Shown here: positions 30,021 through 40,842 of the stretch, piece by piece
Position numbering within the stretch: position 1 is the stretch's first letter
Layout: every line of letters begins with the position of its first letter
Source: an uncultured delta proteobacterium
GTDB taxonomy: Bacteria; Myxococcota_A; Polyangia; Fen-1088
Reading direction: 5' to 3'
NCBI GenBank assembly: GCA_963737265.1
Contig: CAVTRY010000012.1
Coordinates: 352,001 to 416,000, forward strand
Length of the DNA stretch: 64,000 bases
Program-made: the position numbers and the translations under genes
The notes under the pieces: model-generated
Database searches by the model: none
Told to the model about the DNA's origin: nothing
The model's input: only the letters and a program-made list of their open reading frames with translations

Positions 30021-30890
30021 TCAAGAACTTCCACAGGTCACCACGGCATCTCCCACCTCGGAACCTCTGTTTATCGACTCTAGCAGGCACATGTGTCCCC
30101 GTTCTTTCCGGAAGAAAGTTACGTCGTGTGTGCCGTCATCGCGCGATCGACCTATCTGCAGAATTCCACCCTCGACGATCGAGTCGAGTATTGCCGTCAG
30201 GGCCTTCAATATCTGCTCATCAGAAAACCAGAGATTCCTGTTGAGTACATTCATGCAACGTACGTACGTGAACCGGTCGACTATTCTGCTTTGAAAGACA
30301 TCGTAGTCAATGCTCCTTAGCCGACCCTGTCGCAGATACTCAACCGTTCTCGGATCGAATAGGCAAATCTCCTTCAGCTGCTTGTCGAACGGCGGCATCC
30401 TCTCCAGAAGGCCATAGAGTATCTTTGCCACGGGGTAGCTCCTGCTCAATTCCTTGTCGGCGACCAGTGAAAAGAGATACCCATAGAGGAGCCTCCGATC
30501 AGCATCGAAGATTCGGACAACCTGCCTGCCGGTGTAGTAGTAGCGGGTATATTTGTCGGAGATGTAGTACTCGACATTCAGCTTCGAAAAGACGGCATCA
30601 TAGAAGTCGCACGAGGTGACGCCACTTGAGACGCCAATGTCGTGTACGATATTAGGCCCGTGAGCGCTAACGTACCGTGCGGCAACGCCATCGAGGTCCG
30701 CAAATCGCCCGGCTGCCGTTGTCTTACCGTGCCGCTCTTCGGTGGTCATGTTCGAAATGATTGCGTTTCGGAGTGCGGAGTCGTTTACGCAGCCGATATC
30801 CGAAATGTTGAAAACCAAAAGCTTCGACAGCCATCTGTTGGAGTAGGCAAGTCGAATCAGTTTTTGATTTCTGGTTGCAATCTTGAGCAT
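30021..30890 (-). CDS. Methyltransferase-fold hypothetical protein
   Basis: KTTAAGRF, HDIGVSSG, VRCMNVLN; in the polysaccharide operon. Confidence 0.55.
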   Translation of the reverse strand: MLKIATRNQKLIRLAYSNRWLSKLLVFNISDIGCVNDSALRNAIISNMTTEERHGKTTAAGRFADLDGVAARYVSAHGPNIVHDIGVSSGVTSCDFYDAVFSKLNVEYYISDKYTRYYYTGRQVVRIFDADRRLLYGYLFSLVADKELSRSYPVAKILYGLLERMPPFDKQLKEICLFDPRTVEYLRQGRLRSIDYDVFQSRIVDRFTYVRCMNVLNRNLWFSDEQILKALTAILDSIVEGGILQIGRSRDDGTHDVTFFRKERGHMCLLESINRGSEVGDAVVTCGSS

Positions 30891-30910
30891 TGGAAACGCC
30901 TTCTGTTCTG

Positions 30911-31804
30911 CTAGATTCTGATCCACTGGGGCGGGATCAAGTCGGATGAGTCGATTGCTGGGTCGCGGAACCAGTTTGTCGGGCATACAACTATCTTGTC
31001 TTCCGAGGAAGCCAACCACGCCGCCCACCAGGCAAACGTACTGTTGGGAATCAGGAAGTGCTTGCAGCGTGACATCAACGCAAGTTCCTCGCCGAACTTG
31101 TATCCCTTGTATTCCTGGCCCAAGATCGTTGTCGGGTAGTCGAACCGTAGGTTTTCCTTGCACCACTCTACGTCGTCGGATGTGATGAAGATGTGTGGAC
31201 GCTTCAGCTTTGGGGCTATCTGCTCAACGCCGCGCTCATAGTACTCTCTGCCCACGAAACCGTGCGTGTCAATCGCGGACTGAACGGTCACATAGTCCGT
31301 CCTCCGAACGTTCACGGAGAGACTGTCGGTGGCGTCCATGTGGGCCGCTAGCCGTTCTCCTGCAGGCGAAAGGGGGCGCTTGACCTGGAACTCCGTGCGT
31401 AGAATGGCCTCGGCGCCCGCAAAATACTTTGGGCTTTGCCAGTAGCCGTCGAGATAGACGTTGCCTTTCGCATCCAGTACTTCGGGAAGAAACGCGACGG
31501 GCCCAAGGATGCGTCGCCGGAATCCCACCGAATCTTGCAGCCAAGCCAAGGCCGAAGAACCTCGCATATACAGAAGTGGAACAGGCAGGTGGCGTGCGAG
31601 GTAGGACAGCAGGGTGAGGCGAGGTTGGATGCGGAAGATGTCGAGATTGTATTCCCTAAATACAGCGTTGTTTCGCGGGAACCGATCCAGAAGGCTGGTG
31701 AGGTCGAGGGCCAGCTCGCCTCCAGTGCGTCGCTGTAGCTCTCGTCCGGCGGCGTACTGGAACATTTGATTGCCGAGCCCACCCTGGAGTTTGACAACTA
31801 TCAT
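30911..31804 (-). CDS. Alpha-1,2-fucosyltransferase-like (GT11)
   Basis: GGLGNQMFQYA, GYWQS, VRRTDY, NSTFAWW. Confidence 0.9.
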   Translation of the reverse strand: MIVVKLQGGLGNQMFQYAAGRELQRRTGGELALDLTSLLDRFPRNNAVFREYNLDIFRIQPRLTLLSYLARHLPVPLLYMRGSSALAWLQDSVGFRRRILGPVAFLPEVLDAKGNVYLDGYWQSPKYFAGAEAILRTEFQVKRPLSPAGERLAAHMDATDSLSVNVRRTDYVTVQSAIDTHGFVGREYYERGVEQIAPKLKRPHIFITSDDVEWCKENLRFDYPTTILGQEYKGYKFGEELALMSRCKHFLIPNSTFAWWAAWLASSEDKIVVCPTNWFRDPAIDSSDLIPPQWIRI

Positions 31805-31847
31805 CTGTCGGTCCTTAGAGTCGCGTTCCCCGCTGACCGCCAGGGGG

Positions 31848-33830
31848 CTAGGGTGAGAGGCTGTTGAGAGTGGCTTGAAGCAACTCCCCTTCCACAGCGA
31901 GCCCCCTGCCCGCGAGGTTGACAGAGCCGCCAGGATCTCGCTCGATATTGCGGAGCATCCGGAAGTCATCGCGGAATTCGTATATAAGCTGCCAAGGATA
32001 TCGAGTTGCCCCTAGCTCGTAGACCTGCTGAGGTGCAGTGGCGACCACGTAGCTGTGGTACACGATGCGATTTCGATCTTCTGGTTCGTCTGCAATCAGG
32101 AGAAGGTCCTTGCCATAGCGTGAAGACCTCCCAAGTCCAGCTTGAGCGAGTATAGTCGCATGGATATCGTGAGTTCCAACGACGGTATAGACATCTCGCG
32201 GTGGGGTTCCAGGAATTCGTACAATCAGGGGGATGGATAGAACCGGGGCGCGGGCGATGGCATGGTAAAAGACCCCACCTTCTCCAAGCCCCTCGCCATG
32301 ATCGGCGGCGAGGATGAGCACCGTGTTTTGCCAGCGAGGTCCGCTAGCCACGGCCGCCAAAAACTTCCCGATCGCTTCATCCACTCGGCGAACCGACTCG
32401 TCGTAGTGAACGATGTTTACTCCATGACGGGTTGCGTGCCCATGCACCTCCATACAATGGGTCCAGACAAATAGCGGTCGGCCACCTTCGGAGTTCTGCA
32501 ACTCAACCGTCTTGTCGAATAATGTGGTGGTGTCGAGGTCCTGTGACGTTTTTGTATCCCGGGTCATCACACGGTTAAATCCCAATGCCAGAGAAGGGTA
32601 ATACGCAAGAACGTCCTGCTGGATGACTGCAACGGTCGAATAGCCTAGCTCGCCCAACCTGCTTGCCAAGGTTGAGGTTCCGGGGGCGATTTGGGCAGTG
32701 GCCCCCAAGAATGCAGGAAGATGTGGAATCTCGTGCCAAAGGACCCCAGTCATCAGCTGAGACATCGATTCGACCGTTGCCGGGGCGGCGGCGTAGGCGC
32801 GTCGGAAATTCAAGGAGGAAGCGGCTAGGCGGTCCAAATTGGGCGTTAGCGAGACGGCACCTGAGCGCGCACCGATCCGGTCAGCTCTCAGCGTATCAAT
32901 CGTGATGAGAAGAATGTTGGGATGCGTGGATGCGACGCTTGGTCTCTGGGTGTCCTGTGGGACTGTAGGATCAGATCGGGTCACTGGATGGGCGACGCGG
33001 TCTGCGATCGCAGACCGGATTTGCAGCACGGCGGGGCTTCGATTGTGGGCGGGGAGAAAACGAAGAACATAGCTGGGCAACGACCTACTCAGATAGACCA
33101 GCTCGAAGGCCGGGTCTTCAAGGCTCCATGGCAGTGACGCGGCTGCGAGGATCGACAGGGGGAGAACTCCGAAGCGAAGTCGCCAAATGCGCCACCGGGG
33201 TCGGAAGTACGCGGTCAACGCGACGACCAGCATCACCTCGGCGGCAATCACGAATCGAATCATCAGGAGGCCCCACACCCACCATGTGACGAGAAGCAAG
33301 AGAAGAAGAAACGCAACCACGAGGCGAAAGAGCCCACCTGTCCGGCGCACGATGGCGTAAATATAGAAACTGGCGACAAGCCAGACACATGCCAGCGCGA
33401 ACGTGGCGAGCGACAAGTAGATAAGGCGAACCATAGGCGTTGGGATCGGGGCCAGCAACCTGATGACGAAAAGCAGCGAGGCTGAAAACCCCAGAAGGGC
33501 CGTCAGGGCTGAGAGAAAGGGAAGTCGATACTCGTTGGGCGTCTTGAAACGGAGAGGCAGGGGCAAACCGGGCTGGGCGACCATCACGAGGTGCATCGCC
33601 AAAATGCCTAACAGCGAAAAGACCACGGCGAGAAAGGTCGAAAGCGTCAGGGCCACCGCGCATGCGGCGAGCGCGCTGGGCCATCGTTCGGCACTTCTGA
33701 TTGCCTGGGCGATTGCGAACTGAAAGTCCGGTAGGATCGCGGCAAACCCACCGAGAACGCCGGCGAAAAATGCCCGACGACAGTCGGCTCGGAAAGGATT
33801 TGGAAGGCGAATTTGGACCGAGGTGGTCAT
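31848..33830 (-). CDS. Membrane-anchored sulfatase/alkaline-phosphatase-superfamily enzyme
   Basis: N-terminal TM bundle; PNILLITIDTLRAD, APATVES, ADHGE. Confidence 0.75.
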   Translation of the reverse strand: MTTSVQIRLPNPFRADCRRAFFAGVLGGFAAILPDFQFAIAQAIRSAERWPSALAACAVALTLSTFLAVVFSLLGILAMHLVMVAQPGLPLPLRFKTPNEYRLPFLSALTALLGFSASLLFVIRLLAPIPTPMVRLIYLSLATFALACVWLVASFYIYAIVRRTGGLFRLVVAFLLLLLLVTWWVWGLLMIRFVIAAEVMLVVALTAYFRPRWRIWRLRFGVLPLSILAAASLPWSLEDPAFELVYLSRSLPSYVLRFLPAHNRSPAVLQIRSAIADRVAHPVTRSDPTVPQDTQRPSVASTHPNILLITIDTLRADRIGARSGAVSLTPNLDRLAASSLNFRRAYAAAPATVESMSQLMTGVLWHEIPHLPAFLGATAQIAPGTSTLASRLGELGYSTVAVIQQDVLAYYPSLALGFNRVMTRDTKTSQDLDTTTLFDKTVELQNSEGGRPLFVWTHCMEVHGHATRHGVNIVHYDESVRRVDEAIGKFLAAVASGPRWQNTVLILAADHGEGLGEGGVFYHAIARAPVLSIPLIVRIPGTPPRDVYTVVGTHDIHATILAQAGLGRSSRYGKDLLLIADEPEDRNRIVYHSYVVATAPQQVYELGATRYPWQLIYEFRDDFRMLRNIERDPGGSVNLAGRGLAVEGELLQATLNSLSP

Positions 33831-34169
33831 TGGTGATCCAGGTGTCGGAGTTTATCCAAGTTAGATGAACCGTTCCTCGGGCCACCACGGAAGACTTCGG
33901 GCGAGGATCGATCGGTGCTTGCAATGCGCCGTGAGAATGGCGAGGGAGCCAAAGTTGGACCCGTTGCAGCCCCTGACGGGCGCCAGCGTAGATGGGTTGC
34001 ATTGGGGAGTGGGGGCGATTTCAAGATGCACTAGTGTCGACCATACACCTTCACTCTGACAAGAAAAGATGTACGATCTGTCGCGAGATCAGCCTTTCGA
34101 AGAACCCATACCGCCCCATGGCAGTGGCAACCCCGAAGGTCCAGAATTCTGCTGTCGTCCCCGGGGCCG

Positions 34170-34725
34170 TCCAGGGTTCAGAGCGAGCCTCCCGTATCGT
34201 CGTCCGGGTGGACCAAGGTCGGCGTTTCGCGCGTACGACGGCCAGACCATGCTCGGCTGTCAACGCCTCGAGATCGACAATGGCCAGGTCGTCGAAGCGG
34301 CGCAGGTCGCGGTACATGGTGTTGACGTTGAGCACGATGCCGCCTGCGAGGTGCTCGAACGCCGGGTCGACCGACAGCGTCTCGATACCGAACACGCGGT
34401 GTTCACCAGTTGCGGCGGCGTCGATGAGCAAATTCGATCTGCGCCCCCATCGGGTAGATGACCAATGGGCCGGACTTCAGGTTGAAGAACAATTCGCGCA
34501 GAGCCGAAGCTTCGCCTATGTCGCGCACGAATCCGCCGAACTGCACGAGGCCACCATAGCCGGTCAGACCCGGGTCAGGTCGGCCGAAAAGAATCTTCCG
34601 TGGGTGGGGACGGTGGACACGGCAACTGCGCTGGTCCCCATTTCCGCGCTTGCCTCCAAGGGAATCTCGACGCATCTTCTTGGTGTCTGGCACGGGACGA
34701 AGCGTTTGCATCGTAACGAACACAG
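34170..34725 (-). mobile_element. IS1380-like transposase N-terminal relic (frameshifted)
   Basis: LTGYGGLVQF...IYPMGAQ / LIDAAATGEHRVFGIE...TMYRDLRRF; catalytic C-terminus absent. Confidence 0.55.
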
Positions 34726-34913
34726 ATGCCCACGCCGGGCCTTGTTTTCAAGTGTATTCCACTCGTCCACGACGCTTTTCCATCGGAGAGTTGCCCCGGA
34801 GTCAGCGAAACCCAGGATCAATTCGGAATCCCTGCCCAAGTCAGGTCGGTATACGCAGATTCGAAATTTGCAGTATATATGTGCCTATCGCCCTTTGTGA
34901 GGTGCGAATCGGT

Positions 34914-35699
34914 ATGGAAAATGCTGGTCTTGAACAAACGATGTTGCGACTAGGACGGCTTGTCGATCGAGCTTTGCGGCCCTTCGTGGACGTGAGAAAG
35001 GTGCTTACCTCTGCTCGGGAGATCCCTTGGTTTCTTCGATCCTTCTGGGAGTACAGGCGGCTCTCGGAAGGGCGATTGAGAATCTCTGACCTGTACCCTC
35101 AGCTAGGCGATAGGTGGGCGCCAGCAGGAACGGCAAGTGGCGACTACTTTCATCAGGATCTGTGGGCCGCGCGCAAGGTATTTGAGTCAGGAGTCCTTCA
35201 ACATGTCGACATTGCATCAAGGGTCGATGGCTTTGTTGCCCATTGCGCTGTATTTGCCAAAGTCGTATACGTCGACGTGCGACCATTGCCTTGCGATGTT
35301 GGAAACGTAGAAATGCGAACTGGGCATCTCGGACGGTTGCCGTTCGACGATGCGTCTGTCTTTTCACTTTCTTGTCTCCATGTTGTGGAACACGTGGGCC
35401 TCGGTCGCTATGGCGATCCCATCGACCCGCAGGGGACTTTGAAGGCAATAGCTGATCTCCGCCGTGTCCTTGCGCCACGGGGAAACCTCTATCTGGGGCT
35501 TCCTATCGGCCGCGAGCGTGTCTGTTTCAACGCCCACCGCATCACCAGTCCTGATGTTGTCATGACGGCGATGAGCGGACTTGAACTTGTAGAATTTGCA
35601 GCGGTGAATGACAAGGGAGAATTCGTCGAACACTGTCGGCCAGAGGCGTACCAAAACGTCGATTACTCTTGCGGCTTGTTCCACTTCCGCCAGGCTTGA
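34914..35699 (+). CDS. DUF268-like SAM-dependent methyltransferase
   Basis: YFHQDLWAAR, HVDIASRVDGF, EHVGLGRYGDP, FNAHR. Confidence 0.8.
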   Translation: MENAGLEQTMLRLGRLVDRALRPFVDVRKVLTSAREIPWFLRSFWEYRRLSEGRLRISDLYPQLGDRWAPAGTASGDYFHQDLWAARKVFESGVLQHVDIASRVDGFVAHCAVFAKVVYVDVRPLPCDVGNVEMRTGHLGRLPFDDASVFSLSCLHVVEHVGLGRYGDPIDPQGTLKAIADLRRVLAPRGNLYLGLPIGRERVCFNAHRITSPDVVMTAMSGLELVEFAAVNDKGEFVEHCRPEAYQNVDYSCGLFHFRQA

Positions 35700-35967
35700 C
35701 TCTGCTGGGCAATTGCATCCGTTCGACGATCCCTATCGTGACGTCGCCCCCGCAAGATGATTGCTTGGTCGCCGGATGTAGACCCCGTTACAGGCAGCGG
35801 TGATGCTCTCGGCTGGATCTAGGGCATATTGGGGGCATGGAGAGGCGCGAAAGTTTGGCGCTGTCGTCGGCGGGGTCCGCTACCCACTTCCCCGAGAGAA
35901 TATTGGATTAGGCGCGCGGCGTGATTCTGGACGGGAGCCGTGCTTCGGGGAGCGCCGCTCGCGCGTC

Positions 35968-37081
35968 TCAAAGGCGCTGAGCCACATGCGTCATAATCCG
36001 TTCAATTCGTGCCGCGAACGTATGCTCCTTGTGCGCCCTGACAAAGCCCGCATGGGCAATCCGCTCTCTCTCCGTATCATGCGATAGGAACCACGTTAGC
36101 TTCTCATGGAGTTCACTCGTGTCTCCGAAATGAAATGCGATCACTTCGTTTCCGACGTCAAACATTTCGTCCAATTCGGGATAGTAGTCAGTGACTACCA
36201 TGGCACCAGCCCCAGCACCCTGGAATAGCCTCCCTTTCGCCTGGTAGAACAGCCCGTCGTCGCATAGCGGGTAATCGGGGATGCTCCGCTTTAGCCCTTC
36301 TTCCCAGAACCCCCGCACACGGCTGATCCCAAGATGGATTCTGCTCTCCCCGATGATTCTGGCCTTCTCACGTTCGTCCGCAGGGTTCGCCCATGAACAA
36401 CGCCATATTGGCAGCTTCTGGAGAAACCGCCTTATCCCGAAACGCCGCGTCCTCAGGACACGCTCCAACTGGCTCGGCAACAGCGGGATACCGAGCGGTC
36501 GCTCAATGCAGACCATGGCGCCTTTTCCAAAGCGCTCCAACTCCCGCATGTAGGGCCAGTACATTTGGGTGCTCAAGCTGTGTCCGAGCTGGCCCACAAA
36601 CGATACATCGTACCGTTTGTTGAGATGCCCGTTACGAAAGGCACGCTCGTCAAAGGCAGGGGGAAGAAATACTGCGGTTGGTCCCCAAAACGGTAGCATC
36701 CTCTTGTCGATGGTAAACCACATGTCGAATGCACGTGCTGCACTTTGGAGGTCCGCAACACTGACTGCCGTGTTGAAAACTCCATTCGGATCTTCTTGAA
36801 ACCAGTTCACCACAGGAACTGCCATTCGCTCGAACCAATACTTTTGCAACGTTCACGATCACTTCAGGCGACTGAATGAACCCGATGACTATGTCCGCCC
36901 GACTATTCTCAATTGTCGAACGCAACTGCTGCGCGGTGACAACTGTTGCGTCCACCCGGACAATTCGAGCCCCTGCGGCTTCGGCGGCGTCCGCGATTCC
37001 TCCAAATGTATAGGAATGATATCCCTCGCCAAAGTGGGGAATATGGAGGTACACTATTGTTGAGTTTGACAGGGTCTTCAT
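35968..37081 (-). CDS. CgeB-like glycosyltransferase, frameshift near 36835
   Basis: Two consecutive ORFs (36650-37081, 35968-36849); NWFQEDP, YDVSFVG, KGRLFQ, EHTFAAR. Confidence 0.7.
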
Positions 37082-37953
37082 GCTTCCCGCTCCCGGGCTG
37101 GAGGTCGGGCGAACAGATGACCTTGATCCATGTTCAGTGGAACGTCAGCGAATGACTCGATCCTCTTTAAAGCGGTACCGCCAACAGAGAACATCTCGTA
37201 GCCGTGCTTGCTCAGTTGATCGTAGACCATTCGGGCAGGAATAGGCCCGTGGAGTTCACATAGAATCTGAGGGCGACATTGACTTAGGACGTGATCCCCA
37301 CCCGCGATCACCTCTCCCTCTGCACCCTCGACATCAATCTTTAAGAAAGTAGGCGGCTCGTGCCCCTGCGAAACAAACTCGTCCAATGTCACGGACTTGC
37401 ATTCCAGCAATTCTTGGTCCAATCCCATCGCGCCGCCCTCTTGGCGACCAGCCTGGTCGATCAGAATGCTGCGAGTAAGGCTAAGTTCGCCGGATTTGCT
37501 CGCCACAGCCTGATTAACAATCACAATATTCCGAAGATCATTGACGGCCGCGTTCTTTCTAAGAATTTCGCAGACCTCCGGGATCGGCTCAAATGCATAC
37601 ACCTTTCCAGCGGTGGCGCTTCTGGCCATGATAAGGGCGTGGTACCCGATGTTTGCTCCAATATCGTAGCATACGGAGTTGGCCACAACGACATCTCGGA
37701 TGAATTCGCAGGTGGTTGTCTCGTAGGTTCCCTTCCAGAACCAATGCGAGTAGTACACCCTCTTCCCAGCAACAAACCACAAGCCCGCCAACGGCCCACT
37801 CTCAATGCGTCGGCTAACGTAGCCCAGTCCAAGCACGCGAACTGACAGTGCTTGAGCTGCAACTCTAGCACGCAATACCAGACGCGCGGCGGCCTTGAGG
37901 TAGGGGTGGGCCTTGAGAAATCTGCGTATTTGTGGTTCGTACAACATGTTCAT
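37078..37953 (-). CDS. FkbM-family methyltransferase
   Basis: YDIGANIG, AFEP, KIDVEGAE. Confidence 0.88.
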   Translation of the reverse strand: MNMLYEPQIRRFLKAHPYLKAAARLVLRARVAAQALSVRVLGLGYVSRRIESGPLAGLWFVAGKRVYYSHWFWKGTYETTTCEFIRDVVVANSVCYDIGANIGYHALIMARSATAGKVYAFEPIPEVCEILRKNAAVNDLRNIVIVNQAVASKSGELSLTRSILIDQAGRQEGGAMGLDQELLECKSVTLDEFVSQGHEPPTFLKIDVEGAEGEVIAGGDHVLSQCRPQILCELHGPIPARMVYDQLSKHGYEMFSVGGTALKRIESFADVPLNMDQGHLFARPPAREREA

Positions 37954-38948
37954 TATCCTTCGCGAGGAACAATGTGTTCGTAGAGTCTTCGGAAATGGTC
38001 AATCATCTCACTAAGGCCTTGGTCAAGCGTGATCTGAGGAACGAAGCCATGCGTGACGGCCCGCAGTTTCGAGACATCGGCGGACTTTCGGGTCGCCCCT
38101 TCGGGCTTGGTCCTATCGAATACCAACTTACCATGCGTACCTGTAAGATTCACGACTCGCTCCGCAAGCTCTCGAATTGAGGTCTCACGATCATGCCCAA
38201 GGTTCACTGGGTCTGCAACGGCATAGTGCTCAGCAATAAGCATCAATCCAAGTGCAAAGTCTCTCCCGTGAACAAAACTTCGGGTCTGATCGCCGCTGCC
38301 CCAAACGGTGATGGGATCATCGCCGCGAAGTGCCTTGCATATGAGTGCGGGCATGACATGGGCCTTGTCTCCTTCAAGCGGTTCACGTGGACCATAGGCG
38401 TTGAAGGGTCGGGCTATAGCGATATCCATCGCATATTCTTTCGCGTAGTAACGGGCCTGAAGCTCCACCATGCGCTTCGCCCAACCGTAGCCCGCGTTGA
38501 TCGTTTCCGGTTCCCCCTCCCAGCCCTCGTCCTCCTTGGTTGGGATTTTTGCGTCATCTGGATATACACACGAGCTACTCACAACCAGGAAGCGGCGCAC
38601 ACCTTTGCGGCGAGCTGCTTCCAAGAGACTGAACCCGATCAGTGTCGTTTCGGTTAGCATCTCGCCATGATGAGCCATGCTGTACTCGACACCAAAGGCC
38701 GGTGCAGCAAGGTTCATTACGACATCCTGCCCAGCGCAGGCCTGCTCACAACCTTCCATGCTTTTCAGATCAACCTTCATCAAGCGAATCTTCGAAGCGA
38801 CTCCGTCGAGGTTGCGTTCGCTTCCTCGTGAGAGATTGTCAGCAACGGTTACTTTTGCCTTGGCCGCCACCATCAGTTCCGTGAGGTAGGAGCCAATGAA
38901 ACCCGCTCCCCCGGCAATGAGTACCTTCTTGTTTTCCCAAAATTCCAT
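37953..38948 (-). CDS. NAD-dependent nucleotide-sugar epimerase (GDP-mannose 3,5-epimerase/GDP-fucose synthase-like)
   Basis: GGAGFIG, SSSCVY, YGWAK, WGSGDQTRSF. Confidence 0.8.
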   Translation of the reverse strand: MEFWENKKVLIAGGAGFIGSYLTELMVAAKAKVTVADNLSRGSERNLDGVASKIRLMKVDLKSMEGCEQACAGQDVVMNLAAPAFGVEYSMAHHGEMLTETTLIGFSLLEAARRKGVRRFLVVSSSCVYPDDAKIPTKEDEGWEGEPETINAGYGWAKRMVELQARYYAKEYAMDIAIARPFNAYGPREPLEGDKAHVMPALICKALRGDDPITVWGSGDQTRSFVHGRDFALGLMLIAEHYAVADPVNLGHDRETSIRELAERVVNLTGTHGKLVFDRTKPEGATRKSADVSKLRAVTHGFVPQITLDQGLSEMIDHFRRLYEHIVPREG

Positions 38949-39018
38949 CTCTCACTCTCCGTTTTACTGGGTGGTTGTCGTTTCGCGCCTGCCGCAGGCT
39001 CTTTGGGCCTAAGCGCAC

Positions 39019-40521
39019 TCATCTAGAGCCCAGGGTGCGAGTAATGACGATGCCACGAATGAACCGACTCGATAGGCCGCATGCTGCGGATGCCAATGCC
39101 CAAATGAATCCTAACTGAATAACTATCGCGAACCTTGAACTGGGCATGTGGGTCACCCAGCGGCAGAATAACACCACAGACAGTGTGCATGCGACTGGCA
39201 GGCCCACATCGTTAAGGTACCATCCCGATAGTTCACCTAGTAACAATTTGCGGTGCATCAGGCGAACTAAAATGAGTACGTATCCTAGATTGAGAATCAG
39301 CCATACCGATGCCGCACCAACTGCGCCATAGAACTTTGTTAGGACGAGGAGCAATGGTGCAAGGAGCACCATTGCGACGAGATTTGTGTAGAATCCCAGT
39401 GAAGTCCACCCGTGGGCAATTTGAAGTGTATATGGGATTGTGGTCAGGGCATTGCAGATCGAGCCAATTACCAAGATGGACGTCACCATGTGGGCTTCCT
39501 GAGCGATCTCCGCGTTGTGTGTCCAGGCGACAAGCACTTCCCTCGAAAACACACTAACGACCAAGCCAACTGGTAGAACCAAAAGGGAGACAACCTGGCA
39601 CGACCTGTGGTACAGCTCCACCAAGGTTGAGGATTCTGGCTGCGCGGCGAGCTGGGAAAGCCTCGGGAAGATTGCCGTTTGCAGTGGACCCACGACAATG
39701 GTGATCCCGCTCGCCAACAAGCCTGCTAGGGTATAGTAGCCCATGGATTTGAGGGGCAGGACTTTGCTCAAAACGACCTTGTCGAGCTGTGAAATGATCG
39801 TTGCGGTGAAACTTGTCCCTGCCATTCCAAGACTGTAGCGTGCAAGACTGAGTAGAATTGGCTTTTGAAATCGAGGGCGCCTCGTGGACGACGGAAGGCT
39901 CCGCCAGAGCATGCTGCCGTAGACTACGACTTGAAGGATTCCAACGACAACCTGCCAAGCTAAGAATGACTGAATGTTGGGTGAATACCAAATCAGCACT
40001 GCGCATGAACCAAGAACGCGAACGGCAGATATGGTGCTGCGAACAACATTTTGAAATACTTGGCGCTGCAGCCCAATGAGGCCCCCTTGATAAAAGGCGG
40101 CGGCGAGTTCAAGCGGAAGAGTTGCACCAATCAAGATGAGAGATCTATGGACCGTTTCGACTGAGAGCTTCTGGGAAATCACCCAGCGTTGTGCAATCCA
40201 GGCCGAGGCGAGGAATGCGACCACACCAACCGTTAGACACAGCGACCAGTAAGCAACCTCAAGGGTCCTGAGGAGGTTGCGTTGCTCATTCGCGTCCCCG
40301 TGAGTTCCGGACAGCCGTGCGAATTCGCGTGTCAGCGTTGAAGACAATCCCAATGTCATGAGGAAAGCGATGGCTTGCATCGTTGCCGAAATGCCGACCA
40401 GCCCGTAGGATTCCGCATCCAGGAACTTGAGATAGATCGGGGTGAAAACGATGCTTGCGAATGCGCTGAATCCGCGGCCGACAAAATTCGCGATCGTGTT
40501 TCGTCTGAGCTGATTCATCAC
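39019..40521 (-). CDS. wzx: Wzx polysaccharide flippase
   Basis: 500 aa polytopic membrane protein; QLDKVVLSK, GYYTLA. Confidence 0.85.
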   Translation of the reverse strand: MMNQLRRNTIANFVGRGFSAFASIVFTPIYLKFLDAESYGLVGISATMQAIAFLMTLGLSSTLTREFARLSGTHGDANEQRNLLRTLEVAYWSLCLTVGVVAFLASAWIAQRWVISQKLSVETVHRSLILIGATLPLELAAAFYQGGLIGLQRQVFQNVVRSTISAVRVLGSCAVLIWYSPNIQSFLAWQVVVGILQVVVYGSMLWRSLPSSTRRPRFQKPILLSLARYSLGMAGTSFTATIISQLDKVVLSKVLPLKSMGYYTLAGLLASGITIVVGPLQTAIFPRLSQLAAQPESSTLVELYHRSCQVVSLLVLPVGLVVSVFSREVLVAWTHNAEIAQEAHMVTSILVIGSICNALTTIPYTLQIAHGWTSLGFYTNLVAMVLLAPLLLVLTKFYGAVGAASVWLILNLGYVLILVRLMHRKLLLGELSGWYLNDVGLPVACTLSVVLFCRWVTHMPSSRFAIVIQLGFIWALASAACGLSSRFIRGIVITRTLGSR

Positions 40522-40842
40522 GTGTAACGCCGCGGCACGAATGGCGACTTCGGAAATTCAGGCCGCCGCACCGAATCTAGTGCGTGGCTGCTATGGCGAT
40601 TGGGCTTCTCGTCCAAAAATTCCAACCTTTCGGAGATATAGGTACGACCAACGATACGATTTCTGCTCGGCTTCATAGCACGCCATTCCCGACCAATATG
40701 GAAAGGGGGCTGATGGTGTGAAGATATCATTAGCTTGGGAGGCGTGGAAAGTGCGACAGGGCTCATGATGATAGCGGTCGAGTTCTCCTGATGTTCCGTG
40801 GCAGTGGTGGCCTTTCGCGTATTTCTGCATAGCCGAACCTGG

